A stretch of DNA of 64,000 bases from Candidatus Binatia bacterium. Lineage in GTDB: Bacteria > Desulfobacterota > Binatia > UBA9968. Where the stretch lies: the NCBI GenBank assembly GCA_041483675.1, contig JBGPGE010000006.1:8978-72977 (forward strand), written 5' to 3'. The notes under the pieces were generated by a model. It was not told the origin of the DNA and searched no databases. It saw nothing but the letters and a program-made list of their open reading frames with translations. Numbering within the stretch: position 1 is the first letter of the stretch; each line of letters begins with the position of its first letter. Position numbers and translations under genes: made by a program. This document shows positions 45,960 to 55,494 of the stretch, piece by piece.

Positions 45960-46859
45960 CTACTCCAAAGGGTACGTCATAAGAAACTCCGGAACGATCA
46001 CTTTGATCCGATCGTCCGCCGCTATGATATCTCGCTGAAACCGTTCCGCTCTTTTCCTGTTTGACGCGGGAAGCCCTTGCGAGAACGGCGCGCGCCATTC
46101 ATCGAAATGGTGGACGATGACGACCTTGGGGTTGACAGTCATTAGCGCGTTTTTTAAGTCGTACCCCTGGTGGCCCTCTGCGAGGAGAACGACGTCCGGG
46201 TGCAAGCCCGCGAGTTTTTCTTCGAGAAAGTTGGCCGTGCTTTGATTCAAAACTCGATGCTTCCCAAAAGTGAAGTAGTAGAGATAACTCCCGCCCTCGA
46301 CGAAATTCTTTCCCAGGATGGGCCCGGCCAATGGCGCTGTGATCTCTTCCAGCGGGGCCGGCTCCGTGCGACCGCTTCGCTGCAATATGCCGTGCCGGCT
46401 TTCCATGACCTCGACCGTGAAGTCTTTGAAGTCCAATTTTTCTCCGCCCTTTATAGTTGTCAATTGCGATCTGTCCACCCCCGCCGTCAGCATGAGATTC
46501 GCCGTCGTCCTGGAGCCGATGATCTTGGAGCCGAAGCGCTTGGCGATAAACGGCACATCGCCGATGTGATCGTGGTGGCTGTGGCCGGCAAAGATATAAT
46601 CGGCGCCCTTAATCACTTTCAGCACGGCCTCTTCGTCCGTTTTCCATTCGACGTCCATGGATCGATCTTTGCGGGTCAGAAAAGGGTCAATGAGGATAGT
46701 GGTCTTGCCGAGCTGAATCTCCCACCCGGCGTTGCCGAGCCACTTCAAGACCACCTTTTCCTGAGATTCGGCGGCGATCTGCGGCTCGGCCGCGCCCGCC
46801 GACAAAGAAAAGGACAGCAGCAAGAGAGTGGCAACAAAGAATTTTCGTTTAGCCTTCAT
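45960..46859 (-). CDS. MBL-fold metallo-hydrolase, secreted
   Basis: ORF 45960..46913 with the HSHHDH metal-binding motif. The start is placed at the MKAKRKFF signal peptide. Confidence 0.6.
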   Translation of the reverse strand: MKAKRKFFVATLLLLSFSLSAGAAEPQIAAESQEKVVLKWLGNAGWEIQLGKTTILIDPFLTRKDRSMDVEWKTDEEAVLKVIKGADYIFAGHSHHDHIGDVPFIAKRFGSKIIGSRTTANLMLTAGVDRSQLTTIKGGEKLDFKDFTVEVMESRHGILQRSGRTEPAPLEEITAPLAGPILGKNFVEGGSYLYYFTFGKHRVLNQSTANFLEEKLAGLHPDVVLLAEGHQGYDLKNALMTVNPKVVIVHHFDEWRAPFSQGLPASNRKRAERFQRDIIAADDRIKVIVPEFLMTYPLE

Positions 46860-47026
46860 CATAAAGATGGCGTTATTGAGCAGAGAGTAGCCGACAAGGC
46901 AGTCTTGCGTCAACTTGAAGACCGGTTTTGGGGCAAGGGGGAATTTCCTCCGACTTGAGTGCTGAAGCGATTGCGTCGATTCGTGGGTTGGCTTTTCTGA
47001 ACGGACGCTGCTAAAATTACATTGCT

Positions 47027-47266
47027 ATGAAACCCGTTACGATAGATCTTCCGCCTGAATTCCTGGAAGTCCTCGGATCAGAGGAAGAGGCTAAGCGAGA
47101 AGCCAAAGTCGCAGTGATCCTAGATCTCGTCCGCCGAGGAAAAATCTCTAGGGCAAAGGCGGCGGAGCTCTTGCAGGTATCGTTGTGGGACTTGCCGGCT
47201 CTACTGGCTCAATACCGCATCCCTTGGTTTGACTACTCCCCGGAGGACGTCAAGCAACACTCTTAG
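47027..47266 (+). CDS. UPF0175-family antitoxin
   Basis: 79 aa (LPPEFLEVLGSEEEAKREAKVAVILDLVRRGKISRAKAAELLQVS...). The GC content (about 52%) is lower than the flanks. Confidence 0.55.
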   Translation: MKPVTIDLPPEFLEVLGSEEEAKREAKVAVILDLVRRGKISRAKAAELLQVSLWDLPALLAQYRIPWFDYSPEDVKQHS

Positions 47267-47485
47267 TCTAGATTGTCTTCGATGGAACGTAGTGCAACTG
47301 TAAGAAAAGAAGCTCTCCACGCTCCACCAGCTTTGCTAGGTGACGAGCAAAGGCTTAGGCGCGCGTTGAAGCGGACGCGGGGGCTGTGGCGTGGGAGACG
47401 TCTCCATGCCGTAGCATACCAGCGGCGGATGCGACGGGAATATAGCACCCCTCCATCGCACCTGTGATAGCGGGCTGGTGATTGG

Positions 47486-47857
47486 GTGTACACCATCGAT
47501 TCGAACATCCTCATCTACCACCTTCAGGGAGATAAAAACGTTGGCGACCAATTGGAGTTGTGGCTACTGGGAGGAGAGCGACTTTTCATCTCCTCAGTCA
47601 CACGTTTGGAGCTCCTTGCCGCGCCGGCGCTAAGGACCGATGAAGAACAAAGAATCAAGGAGTTGCTGTCTTTCTTCGTTCTGATGCCGGTGGATTTACA
47701 GATCGCGGATGCCGCTGCAAAGTTTAAGCGGACCTACCGACTACCCATCGGAGACAGTATTATTGCGGCAACGGCTTTTTTAACTGCTTCCCCGCTCGTC
47801 ACAAGGAACCTTCGTGATTTTCGCCGAATCAAAGAGATACGAGTGCAGCCACTGTGA
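47486..47857 (+). CDS. vapC: PIN-domain toxin VapC
   Basis: 123 aa with a GTG start. The acidic PIN motifs are present (IDSNILIY...D...E...D...N). Confidence 0.6.
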   Translation: MYTIDSNILIYHLQGDKNVGDQLELWLLGGERLFISSVTRLELLAAPALRTDEEQRIKELLSFFVLMPVDLQIADAAAKFKRTYRLPIGDSIIAATAFLTASPLVTRNLRDFRRIKEIRVQPL

Positions 47858-47891
47858 ATAGCGGGCCATAGAAGCCATTTCCTTCTTCGTC

Positions 47892-50255
47892 TTACGGCTC
47901 TCCCGTCAGTTGATACGCTGCCCAGTAAAACGGCTCAGGAAACTCTTTCATCGTCGTGAGCTGCGCCTGCCTGAGCGCCTCGGATTTCTTGCTTGATTTT
48001 AAGTGCTGATAGAATTCCCGCATCAACTCGTAACTCGCCCGGTCGTTCACCTTCCACAAAGTCGTCACGATCGACGGCGTGCCGGCATAGATAAACGCGC
48101 GCGTGAGGCCGACCATCTCATCCCCATTGCTGAGCTTCCCCAACCCCGTCTCGCACGCGGATAACACCACCATCCCCGCTTTGAGATTGAGCGAGAATAT
48201 CTCTCCCACCTTCAGCCGGCCATCGTCCTTCCCCTCGCCCGCCAGCAGAAGCGCTGAACTGAGCGGATCCTCCTCGCTAAGCTCCGCGTGGACGGCGAAG
48301 TGCAGCATCTCAAAGCCGGGGCTCAGCGAGATCGCCCTGGGCTTGCTGGCCTGCTCTCTTAGATAGACTTCGCTCTTCGGATATACCCCGGCCACTTCCT
48401 TTGCTTCCCTTTCCGCAAAGCGCAGGTTGTACGCCGCGTCCCCCAGACTCGGATTGCCCATGACCAGGGCCTTCTCTCCGCCCGCTCGCTTCTTCTCATG
48501 CGTGAACTGCATCAAGCTCGCGCTGGAGAGATAGTAGATGGGATAGTCCTGAATCAGATATTTGTCCTGAGCGGAAAGCAAAGCCTGAAAGGGTACGTAG
48601 TGCAGCACGTCGTGCGGGATGATCAGCAGCTCTTTGCCTCGCACATGCGGCAGCGCAGGCTCGATGAGCAGCTTGTAAAGCTCCTGGGACGAAGCCCTGA
48701 ATTTCTCCTTCTCCCCGATTTGGAAGACGCTGTCGCGCAGCGCGCTCACCTTGGAGACCAGGTCGCCTCGGCTGATTGGAATATTGACAACGCGGAGTCC
48801 GTCTTTATCCACCACCCAAAGCAACACCGTCTGCCCGACCACAAAATACTCAAGGAGCGTCACCTCCGGTTCCAACAGCTCCCGAACCTGCTTCAAGGTC
48901 AGCGGCTCGACGTTCATCAACGACGCCTGCTCTTTGTTCTCCCGCCTCACCTTGACGAGAAAGTCATTGTAAGCCTTCTGTCCCGCCGCCAGCTCCTGCC
49001 GCAATTCTGCCGCGTCCGCCGCGTCGGGCTCCTGCGCCGCCGTCCTGGCCTGCAGCGCGCCGATCCTCGCCTGCAAGGCCCTCTCCTCCTCTATGAGACT
49101 CCCGCTCCTGCCCAGTTGCACCTTGCTCCCAAGAATATCCAGAAAGGCGCGCGAGCGGGCCCGTTCGTTGTAGTTGAAAGCCTCCTCCGCATTGTTTCCC
49201 TGTAAATGTGCCAGGATCATCCCGGCGTAAGTCTGGCGCTTGTCGTCAAAAAAAGAGCTGCGAAATTCTTCGGATTCCAGCAGCGAACGGGTGGACTCGA
49301 CACTCTCGATCGCCTTCCGGTAGTGAGAGATCGCCTCGGCAAACTTTCCGGTCTGACGAAACAGGTCTCCCAGTTCGCTGCCGGCCTGCTGAATCACGGA
49401 GGCATACTGGCGCTTCTCGGCCACTTCCAGGGCCTTCTGGAGATTTTCCAGCGCGCGGGGGAATTCTTTGCGCTCGAGATAGAGATGCCCCAACCCGTGA
49501 TAGAGACTACCCTCCCCTTCGGTTACGAAGCCGGTCTGTTTGATAAACGCGATCCCTCTCTCGTAGGCCTTTATCGCCTCTTCAATGTTGCCCGCGCGGT
49601 CATGGGCGAGACCGAGCCGGTGAAAAGTTGAAACGAGCTGGCTCTGTGAATTTGGAATGGCTCGCGGCGGCGTGCGACTACGGTACTTTATCAGATAAGC
49701 CAACCGCGACTCCTGGCCTTGAAGGGAATACGAGATATACTCAACCGCCTTCCTGGCTTCTCCTTGAATCAGATAATTTACTCCCAAGCCCACATACAAG
49801 TTGGCCTCGATGCCTTCTTTGGCCGCTCCGGGAGGCTCTTGTTTGATGACTTCAATCCCCTTTTCCAACCACTCCCTGGCTTTTAGCTGCTGCCCCAACG
49901 TTCCATAGGCGTTGGCGAGGGCCAGGGCGGCCCACCCTTGAAGACCGGGCGCCCTGGCTTTCGGGCCCATTTCCCAGGCTTTGTTTGCCGAAGCAATCGC
50001 CTTTTCAAACTGACCTCCGGCCCTGCTCGCGGTGGAGGCTTGAAGGTAGGCATACAAGGCGTCTTCCCATTTGCCGTTTTTCTCCGCCTCCGCTCCTTTG
50101 GCATCGAGCGCGCTTACCGTCTGTTTTCCCTCTCCTTGCGGGCCGACTCCGGGAGGCGAGCCGCCTGATGGTTGGGCCGCCCGCCCGACGGGATAGCGGG
50201 CAAAAAAGAGCGCGAGGAGAAAAATGGGCAGATATATCTTGACGCCGTTTTTCAT
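47892..50255 (-). CDS. CHAT-domain protein with TPR repeats, secreted (tandem paralog 1)
   Basis: 787 aa with a signal peptide. TPR-like repeats are followed by a C-terminal CHAT domain (...IPHDVLHYVPFQAL... LSACETGLG...). Confidence 0.65.
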   Translation of the reverse strand: MKNGVKIYLPIFLLALFFARYPVGRAAQPSGGSPPGVGPQGEGKQTVSALDAKGAEAEKNGKWEDALYAYLQASTASRAGGQFEKAIASANKAWEMGPKARAPGLQGWAALALANAYGTLGQQLKAREWLEKGIEVIKQEPPGAAKEGIEANLYVGLGVNYLIQGEARKAVEYISYSLQGQESRLAYLIKYRSRTPPRAIPNSQSQLVSTFHRLGLAHDRAGNIEEAIKAYERGIAFIKQTGFVTEGEGSLYHGLGHLYLERKEFPRALENLQKALEVAEKRQYASVIQQAGSELGDLFRQTGKFAEAISHYRKAIESVESTRSLLESEEFRSSFFDDKRQTYAGMILAHLQGNNAEEAFNYNERARSRAFLDILGSKVQLGRSGSLIEEERALQARIGALQARTAAQEPDAADAAELRQELAAGQKAYNDFLVKVRRENKEQASLMNVEPLTLKQVRELLEPEVTLLEYFVVGQTVLLWVVDKDGLRVVNIPISRGDLVSKVSALRDSVFQIGEKEKFRASSQELYKLLIEPALPHVRGKELLIIPHDVLHYVPFQALLSAQDKYLIQDYPIYYLSSASLMQFTHEKKRAGGEKALVMGNPSLGDAAYNLRFAEREAKEVAGVYPKSEVYLREQASKPRAISLSPGFEMLHFAVHAELSEEDPLSSALLLAGEGKDDGRLKVGEIFSLNLKAGMVVLSACETGLGKLSNGDEMVGLTRAFIYAGTPSIVTTLWKVNDRASYELMREFYQHLKSSKKSEALRQAQLTTMKEFPEPFYWAAYQLTGEP

Positions 50256-52610
50256 CTACGGCTCCCCCGTCAGCTGATACGCCGCCCAGTAAAACGGCTC
50301 GGGAAATTCCTGCACCGTCTTAAGCTGCGCCTGCCGGAGCGCCTCGGATTTCTTGCCGGTTTTTAAGTGCTGGTAAAACTCTCGCATCAACTCATAACTC
50401 GACCGGTCGTTGACCTTCCATAAAGTCGTCACGATAGAAGGAGTGCCTGCGTAGATGAAGGCGCGCGTGAGGCCGATCATTTCGTCGCCGTTGCTGAGCT
50501 TTCCCAAACTGGTCTCGCAGGCGGAAAGAACCACCATGTTGGCTCGGAGATTCAATGAGAAAATTTCGCCTACCTTCAGCCGCCCATCCTCCTTCCCCGG
50601 CCCCGCCAGCAACAGCGCCGAGCCCATAGGATCCTCCTCGTTCAATTCCGCGTGGACGGCGAAGTGCAGCATGTCGTATTTGGGACCGAGTGACATCGCT
50701 CTGGGCTTGCTCGCCTCGGCTTTCAAATAGACGGCGCTCGTAGGATAAACGTTTGCCACCTCCTTTGCCTCCCGTTCCGCAAAACGAAGGTTGTACGCGT
50801 CGTCCCCCAGACTCGGATTCCCCAGGACCAGCGCCCTCTCTCCGCCCGCTCGTCTTTTCTCGCGGGTAAACTGCATCAAGCTGGCGCTGGAGAGATAGTA
50901 GATCGGATAGTCCTGTACCAGATAGCTACCCTGCGCGGACAACAGCGCCTGAAACGGCACGTAATGAAGCACATCGTGCGGGATCAGAAGCAGCTCCTTG
51001 CCACGCACGTGTTGCAGCGCGGGCTGGATCAGGAGACGATAAAGCTCTTGAGCACCGGCTTTGAATTTTTCCTTCTCGGCGACTTGATAGATGGTCTCTC
51101 TAAACGCAGTCACCTTGGCCACGAGATCAGCTTTTGCGATTGGGATGTTGACGTACCGGAGCCGATCCTTCTCCACCACCCAGAGGAGCACCGCCTGCCC
51201 CGTCACAAAATATTCCAGCACCGTCACGCCCGGGTCCAACAGCTCCTGCGTCTGCTTGAGCGTCAGCGGCTCCACGCTCATCAACGACGCCTGTTCCTTG
51301 CTCTCCTTCCTCACCCTGGCCAAAAAATTGTTATACGCCTTCTGCGCCTCATCCAGGTCGCGCCTAAGCTGTCCCCTGACCTCGCCCTCGGATTCCTGCC
51401 CCGCCATTCTAGTCTGGAGCGCGCCGATGCGCGCCTGCAAAGCGCGTTCTTCCTCCAACAGGCTCCCGCTGCGCGCGAGTTGCACCCGGCTTCCTAGAAT
51501 ATCGAGAAAGGCGCGCGAGCGCGCTCGCTCGGCGTAGTTAAACGCTTCCTCGGCGTTTTTTGTTCGCAGGTAGGCGATGATCAGTCCGGCGTAGATTCCC
51601 CGCTTGTCCTCGAAGAACGCGCTACGCGACTCCTCGGACTCAAACAGGGAGCGGGTCGACTCGATGCTGTCGATCGCTTTCTTGTAGTAGGGAATCGCTT
51701 CCGCGGGCTTCTGGGCCTGAAGGTGGAGATCCGCGATCCGGCTGCTGGTTTGGTAAATGGAGTTTTCGAGCCGTTGCTGCTCAGCCATCTCCAGCGTCCT
51801 GCTCAGATTCTCCAGAGCGCGCGGATAGTCTTTTTGATTGAGATAGAGATCGCCCAAGCCGTAATAGAGATTGACCTCCGTCGGAGTCTTCAATCCTGTC
51901 TCCTTGATAATAGCGATACCTCTCTCGTAGGCTTGAGTCGCCTCCCTAACGTCTTCCGCCCGCTGATAAGCAGTGCCGAGGTTATAGAGAGTCGCAACTC
52001 TTAGATTCTCTGAGTTGCGGATGGCTTCAGCATTAGTTGATGGAAGACGCTTGAAAAAGCTCAAGCGCGATTCCTGGACTTGGAGAGAATAGGAGATATA
52101 CTCAATGGCCTTCCGCCACTCTCTCTGACGGAAGAAATCCAGTCCCAACAGTCTATACAGATCGGCCTCAACCCCCTGACGAAACGGTGAGTGGTCTAAT
52201 TTCTTTACAATCTCAAGTCCCCTGTCTATCCATTCCCGTGCCTTGGCAAACTGTCCCGCATTTCTATAGGCCCTGACCAGATATAAAGTGGCCTGCGCTT
52301 CTAGGCCGGGAGCTTTCCCCCGTTCTGCCAATTCTAAGGCTTTGTTTCCGTAGGTGATCGCTTTTTGTAATTGGCCGCCTTGCCTAGCCGTATCTGAAGC
52401 CAGGCTGTAGGCATTTGCGGCCTGAGCCCAATCTTTCTTCCCCTCCGCCTCTGCGGCCTGAGCCTCGACCGCGCTCAATGCCTCCCGACCTTCTCCTCTC
52501 GCGATGGCCTCGCGAAAGGCGTCCCCGGTGGCGCGAAACCTGGGCTGCTCTGTAGCGCAGCCGACGATGATAGAAGCTGCGATGAGAAATACCGGGAGGG
52601 ATGGTTTCAT
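50256..52610 (-). CDS. CHAT-domain lipoprotein with TPR repeats (tandem paralog 2)
   Basis: 784 aa with a lipobox (IIVGCATEQ). It is about 75% identical to 47892..50255 over the C-terminal 450 aa, with zero intergenic spacing. Confidence 0.65.
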   Translation of the reverse strand: MKPSLPVFLIAASIIVGCATEQPRFRATGDAFREAIARGEGREALSAVEAQAAEAEGKKDWAQAANAYSLASDTARQGGQLQKAITYGNKALELAERGKAPGLEAQATLYLVRAYRNAGQFAKAREWIDRGLEIVKKLDHSPFRQGVEADLYRLLGLDFFRQREWRKAIEYISYSLQVQESRLSFFKRLPSTNAEAIRNSENLRVATLYNLGTAYQRAEDVREATQAYERGIAIIKETGLKTPTEVNLYYGLGDLYLNQKDYPRALENLSRTLEMAEQQRLENSIYQTSSRIADLHLQAQKPAEAIPYYKKAIDSIESTRSLFESEESRSAFFEDKRGIYAGLIIAYLRTKNAEEAFNYAERARSRAFLDILGSRVQLARSGSLLEEERALQARIGALQTRMAGQESEGEVRGQLRRDLDEAQKAYNNFLARVRKESKEQASLMSVEPLTLKQTQELLDPGVTVLEYFVTGQAVLLWVVEKDRLRYVNIPIAKADLVAKVTAFRETIYQVAEKEKFKAGAQELYRLLIQPALQHVRGKELLLIPHDVLHYVPFQALLSAQGSYLVQDYPIYYLSSASLMQFTREKRRAGGERALVLGNPSLGDDAYNLRFAEREAKEVANVYPTSAVYLKAEASKPRAMSLGPKYDMLHFAVHAELNEEDPMGSALLLAGPGKEDGRLKVGEIFSLNLRANMVVLSACETSLGKLSNGDEMIGLTRAFIYAGTPSIVTTLWKVNDRSSYELMREFYQHLKTGKKSEALRQAQLKTVQEFPEPFYWAAYQLTGEP

Positions 52611-52770
52611 AGCGACACCTCCTGAGAGACGAGAGGAAACCGCCGTGATGGTGTCCGTGTTTCCACAACCTCATCACCCTAAGCAAAGTCGAAGGGCGGC
52701 TCGTGTTCCTAACCCGGCGCGGGCACGAATCACGATCACGCGATTTTGATCTTTTCTTCTACGGCCGGGG

Positions 52771-53559
52771 TCACGATTTTGCCTTTACGTCGTGATAAAC
52801 CTTCTCCACCACCGCCTCCGTGAGATCCTTGACCGGGCCGTCGAAGAAGACCTCGCCGTAGGCCAGTCCCACGACGCGGTCGGCGTATTCGCGCGTGAGT
52901 TCGAGCGTGTGAAGACTGACCAGCGCCGTGATTCCGTCCTCCTTGCAGACACGTTTCAGAATATCCAACACGACGCGCGAGAGCTTGGGATCGAGACTGG
53001 AGACCGGCTCGTCGGCGAGGATAATGGCGGGATTTTGCATGAGCGTGCGCGCGATCGCCACGCGCTGCTGCTCCCCGCCGGAGAGCGCGTCCGCGCGCTT
53101 GTAGGCGTGATCGAGCAGCCCGACACGCTTGAGATTCACCAGCGCTCGCCGCTTGTCCTCGCGCGAGAAGAGCTTGAGGCAGCTTTTGAGACTTGTTTGG
53201 TAGCCGAGGGCGCCGGACAGGACATTCTCGATCACCGACAGCCGCTTGACGATGTTGAACTGCTGGAAGATCATGCCGACCTTGCGCCTGAGCAGGCGCA
53301 GCTCGCGCCGGTTGAGCTTGAGGACGTCGATCCGCGCGCCGTCGGCCTGCGGATCGAACACGGAGCGGGGAAGATAAATCTCGCCCGAGGTGGGGTCGAT
53401 GAGACGGTTGATGCAGCGGAGCAGCGTCGACTTGCCGGCGCCGCTCAAGCCGATTACGCCGACAAACTCGCCCTGTTCAACTTGCAGGTTGACGCCGCGA
53501 AGCACGTGGGTCGAAGGGCCGAAACTTTTGCGCAGGCCCCGGATTTCGAGAATCGTCAT
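52771..53559 (-). CDS. phnC: phosphonate ABC transporter ATP-binding protein PhnC
   Basis: 262 aa. Walker A GLSGAGKST, LSGGEQQR signature, and the PhnC-like N-terminus MTILEIRGLRKSF. Confidence 0.7.
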   Translation of the reverse strand: MTILEIRGLRKSFGPSTHVLRGVNLQVEQGEFVGVIGLSGAGKSTLLRCINRLIDPTSGEIYLPRSVFDPQADGARIDVLKLNRRELRLLRRKVGMIFQQFNIVKRLSVIENVLSGALGYQTSLKSCLKLFSREDKRRALVNLKRVGLLDHAYKRADALSGGEQQRVAIARTLMQNPAIILADEPVSSLDPKLSRVVLDILKRVCKEDGITALVSLHTLELTREYADRVVGLAYGEVFFDGPVKDLTEAVVEKVYHDVKAKS

Positions 53560-53570
53560 GGCCTGATGAG

Positions 53571-53642
53571 TGGAGTGATGGAGTATTGGAGTACTGGATT
53601 GCCGGGTCTTAAATCCATTGCTCCATTACTCCAATACTCCAA
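53571..53642 (-). repeat. intra-operon hairpin between phnD and phnC (14-bp perfect stem ggagtattggagta / tactccaatactcc with extended arms)
   Basis: tggagtgatggagtattggagtactgga ...loop... tccattgctccattactccaatactccaat. It begins 1 nt after the phnD stop. Confidence 0.5.
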
Positions 53643-54563
53643 TTATTTCTTTTTTAGCGCCTCTCGTAGATTGATACCCGCGATCTTAAAGGCCTCGCGG
53701 ACCGATTCATAGTCCTGATCCGTCGCCGGCACGAAACCGTCGATCTGGTAGAGATCGCGCAGCATCTTTTGTCCCGCGGGATCGCGGCTCAGCTCCAGAA
53801 ATATCTCCTGAATCTTCTTGCCGAGCGCGGGATCGAGGCCGGCGCGGAAGACCAGGTTATCGGCGGGGATCGCCTCCGAATAGGCGATGGCGCGAATCTG
53901 TTTCCGCTCTTCCGGGTTTTTGAGATATTGCACCCAGGCCGCGTCCTTGCCGTCGGTGAAGTTGGCAAACGTCGCGCCGGCATCGACCTTGCGGTTCAAC
54001 ACCGCCAGCACCGTCGCGTCGTGGCCGCCCGAGAAGAGGACATGCTTGAAATCCTTGGCCGGATCGATGCCGGCTTCCAAAAACATCTTTTTTGGAATGA
54101 TGTGGCCGGTGGTGGAAAGCGGATCGCCGAAGGCAAAGGTCCTGTTGCGCAGGTCCTTGATCGAGTTGATCCCGCTGTCCGTCCGCGTGATGATCGCCGC
54201 GTAGTAGGACGCCAGCCCTTTGCGGTGGGATTTCAAAACCACCTGGATGTCCGCCTCATTTTTCGCCAGGACGTAAGAAGCCGGAGTGAGAAAAGCAATG
54301 TCGAGCTTCTTGGCGCGCAGCGCCTCGATGACGCCGGTGTAGTCGACGGCGACGAAAGGCTCGACCTCCATGCCGAGTTTCTGATGCAGGATTTCGACGA
54401 TCGGCTGCGCGTTTTGCGCGACCTGCTGAACATTCTCCGACGGAACGAAGCCGACCCGCAGCGCCGGCCCCGCGCCGCCCGGCTTGCCGCAGGCCGCGAC
54501 GCTCAACAGACTCAACACAACCACAATCAAACGTCTCAAGCCATTCATATCAGCCCAATACAT
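53643..54563 (-). CDS. phnD: phosphonate ABC transporter substrate-binding protein PhnD
   Basis: 306 aa, lipoprotein-type signal (LSVAACG). PhnD-like motifs are present (YYAAIITRTDSGINSIKDL...DPLSTTGHIIP). A GAGGGAGG Shine-Dalgarno lies upstream of the first ATG. Confidence 0.7.
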   Translation of the reverse strand: MYWADMNGLRRLIVVVLSLLSVAACGKPGGAGPALRVGFVPSENVQQVAQNAQPIVEILHQKLGMEVEPFVAVDYTGVIEALRAKKLDIAFLTPASYVLAKNEADIQVVLKSHRKGLASYYAAIITRTDSGINSIKDLRNRTFAFGDPLSTTGHIIPKKMFLEAGIDPAKDFKHVLFSGGHDATVLAVLNRKVDAGATFANFTDGKDAAWVQYLKNPEERKQIRAIAYSEAIPADNLVFRAGLDPALGKKIQEIFLELSRDPAGQKMLRDLYQIDGFVPATDQDYESVREAFKIAGINLREALKKK

Positions 54564-54633
54564 ACTTTAACCCTCCCTCACTCGCAACCCACCGACTGTT
54601 TATTTCCCCTCGGAGATAAGATAAAAAACTGGC

Positions 54634-55494
54634 ATGCGAAAGGCTGTTTGGATTCTCCTGGCAGTCTGGCTGTGGGCCGGCTGCAGCACCGGCCCCGCCT
54701 TCGTTCTGCAAGAGTTTCAGGATCTGCCGGCGGGACCGGCGGTGCAGTTTTTTTACCCCACCAGAGGCGGCACGGTGGAGGCCTATCTGGTCAGGCCGCG
54801 CGGCCAGGGGCCGTTTCCGCTGCTGGTCCTGCTTCACGGCGTCAGTTGGGTCGGGGTCGGCGCCAGCCGGATGGCGCCGATCGCCGAGCAGTTCGCCGTC
54901 GATCTTTGCTATGCCGGGCTGGCGATCTCGTTGCCGGGGTACGGCAGCACCGCGGTCGACGGACACGGCGACCGGGATGCTTTTAGGGCGTTGATCTTGG
55001 ACGGCGTGGCCAAGGCCACGGAGCTATCGTGGGTCGATTCGAAACGGATTTTACTCTACGGCTATTCGCTCGGGGCGGTGTTCGGCGCGGCTTCCGTGAG
55101 CAAGATGCCGCATTTGCGGGCGGCGGCGCTCCACTCCGGGGCCTACGATCTCCCGCTGCTCTATCAGGAGACGCAGACCGAGTGGGTCAAGCGATTTCTC
55201 AATCGATCTCTAAAACCCGACGGGGGGGAGCAGCCCAGGCTCTTCTCCATCCTGCCGGAGGTCGCCAATTGGACGGCGCCGACGCTGATCCTGCACGGCA
55301 CGGACGACACCGTCATTCCCGTCAATCAGGCCGAACTGTTGAACGAGCGCCTGGAGGCCGTGAAGCTGCCCCACCGTTTCGTAGTTTTTCCCGGCGTCGG
55401 CCATCGCCTGCCGGTCGACGGAGTGAGAGACGAGATCCTCTCCTTTTTCCGCCAACACGTCGGCTCGGCCTGCGCAAAATCTAGCGGCTCTTGA
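54634..55494 (+). CDS. alpha/beta hydrolase (dienelactone hydrolase / S9 peptidase-like), lipoprotein
   Basis: 286 aa with the nucleophile elbow GYSLGA and a lipobox (LWAGCS). Confidence 0.55.
   Translation: MRKAVWILLAVWLWAGCSTGPAFVLQEFQDLPAGPAVQFFYPTRGGTVEAYLVRPRGQGPFPLLVLLHGVSWVGVGASRMAPIAEQFAVDLCYAGLAISLPGYGSTAVDGHGDRDAFRALILDGVAKATELSWVDSKRILLYGYSLGAVFGAASVSKMPHLRAAALHSGAYDLPLLYQETQTEWVKRFLNRSLKPDGGEQPRLFSILPEVANWTAPTLILHGTDDTVIPVNQAELLNERLEAVKLPHRFVVFPGVGHRLPVDGVRDEILSFFRQHVGSACAKSSGS

Noticed and set aside
47273-47467. 64-codon ORF in the gap between the UPF0175 antitoxin and vapC
   Set aside because: R-rich with no RHH/AbrB-like features and no Shine-Dalgarno. It is kept as a caveat in the TA finding rather than called.
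52792-54986. ORFs 52792..53712 (+) and 53769..54986 (+) antisense to phnC/phnD
   Set aside because: Shadow ORFs. phnC and phnD on the opposite strand have canonical ABC and PhnD motifs.
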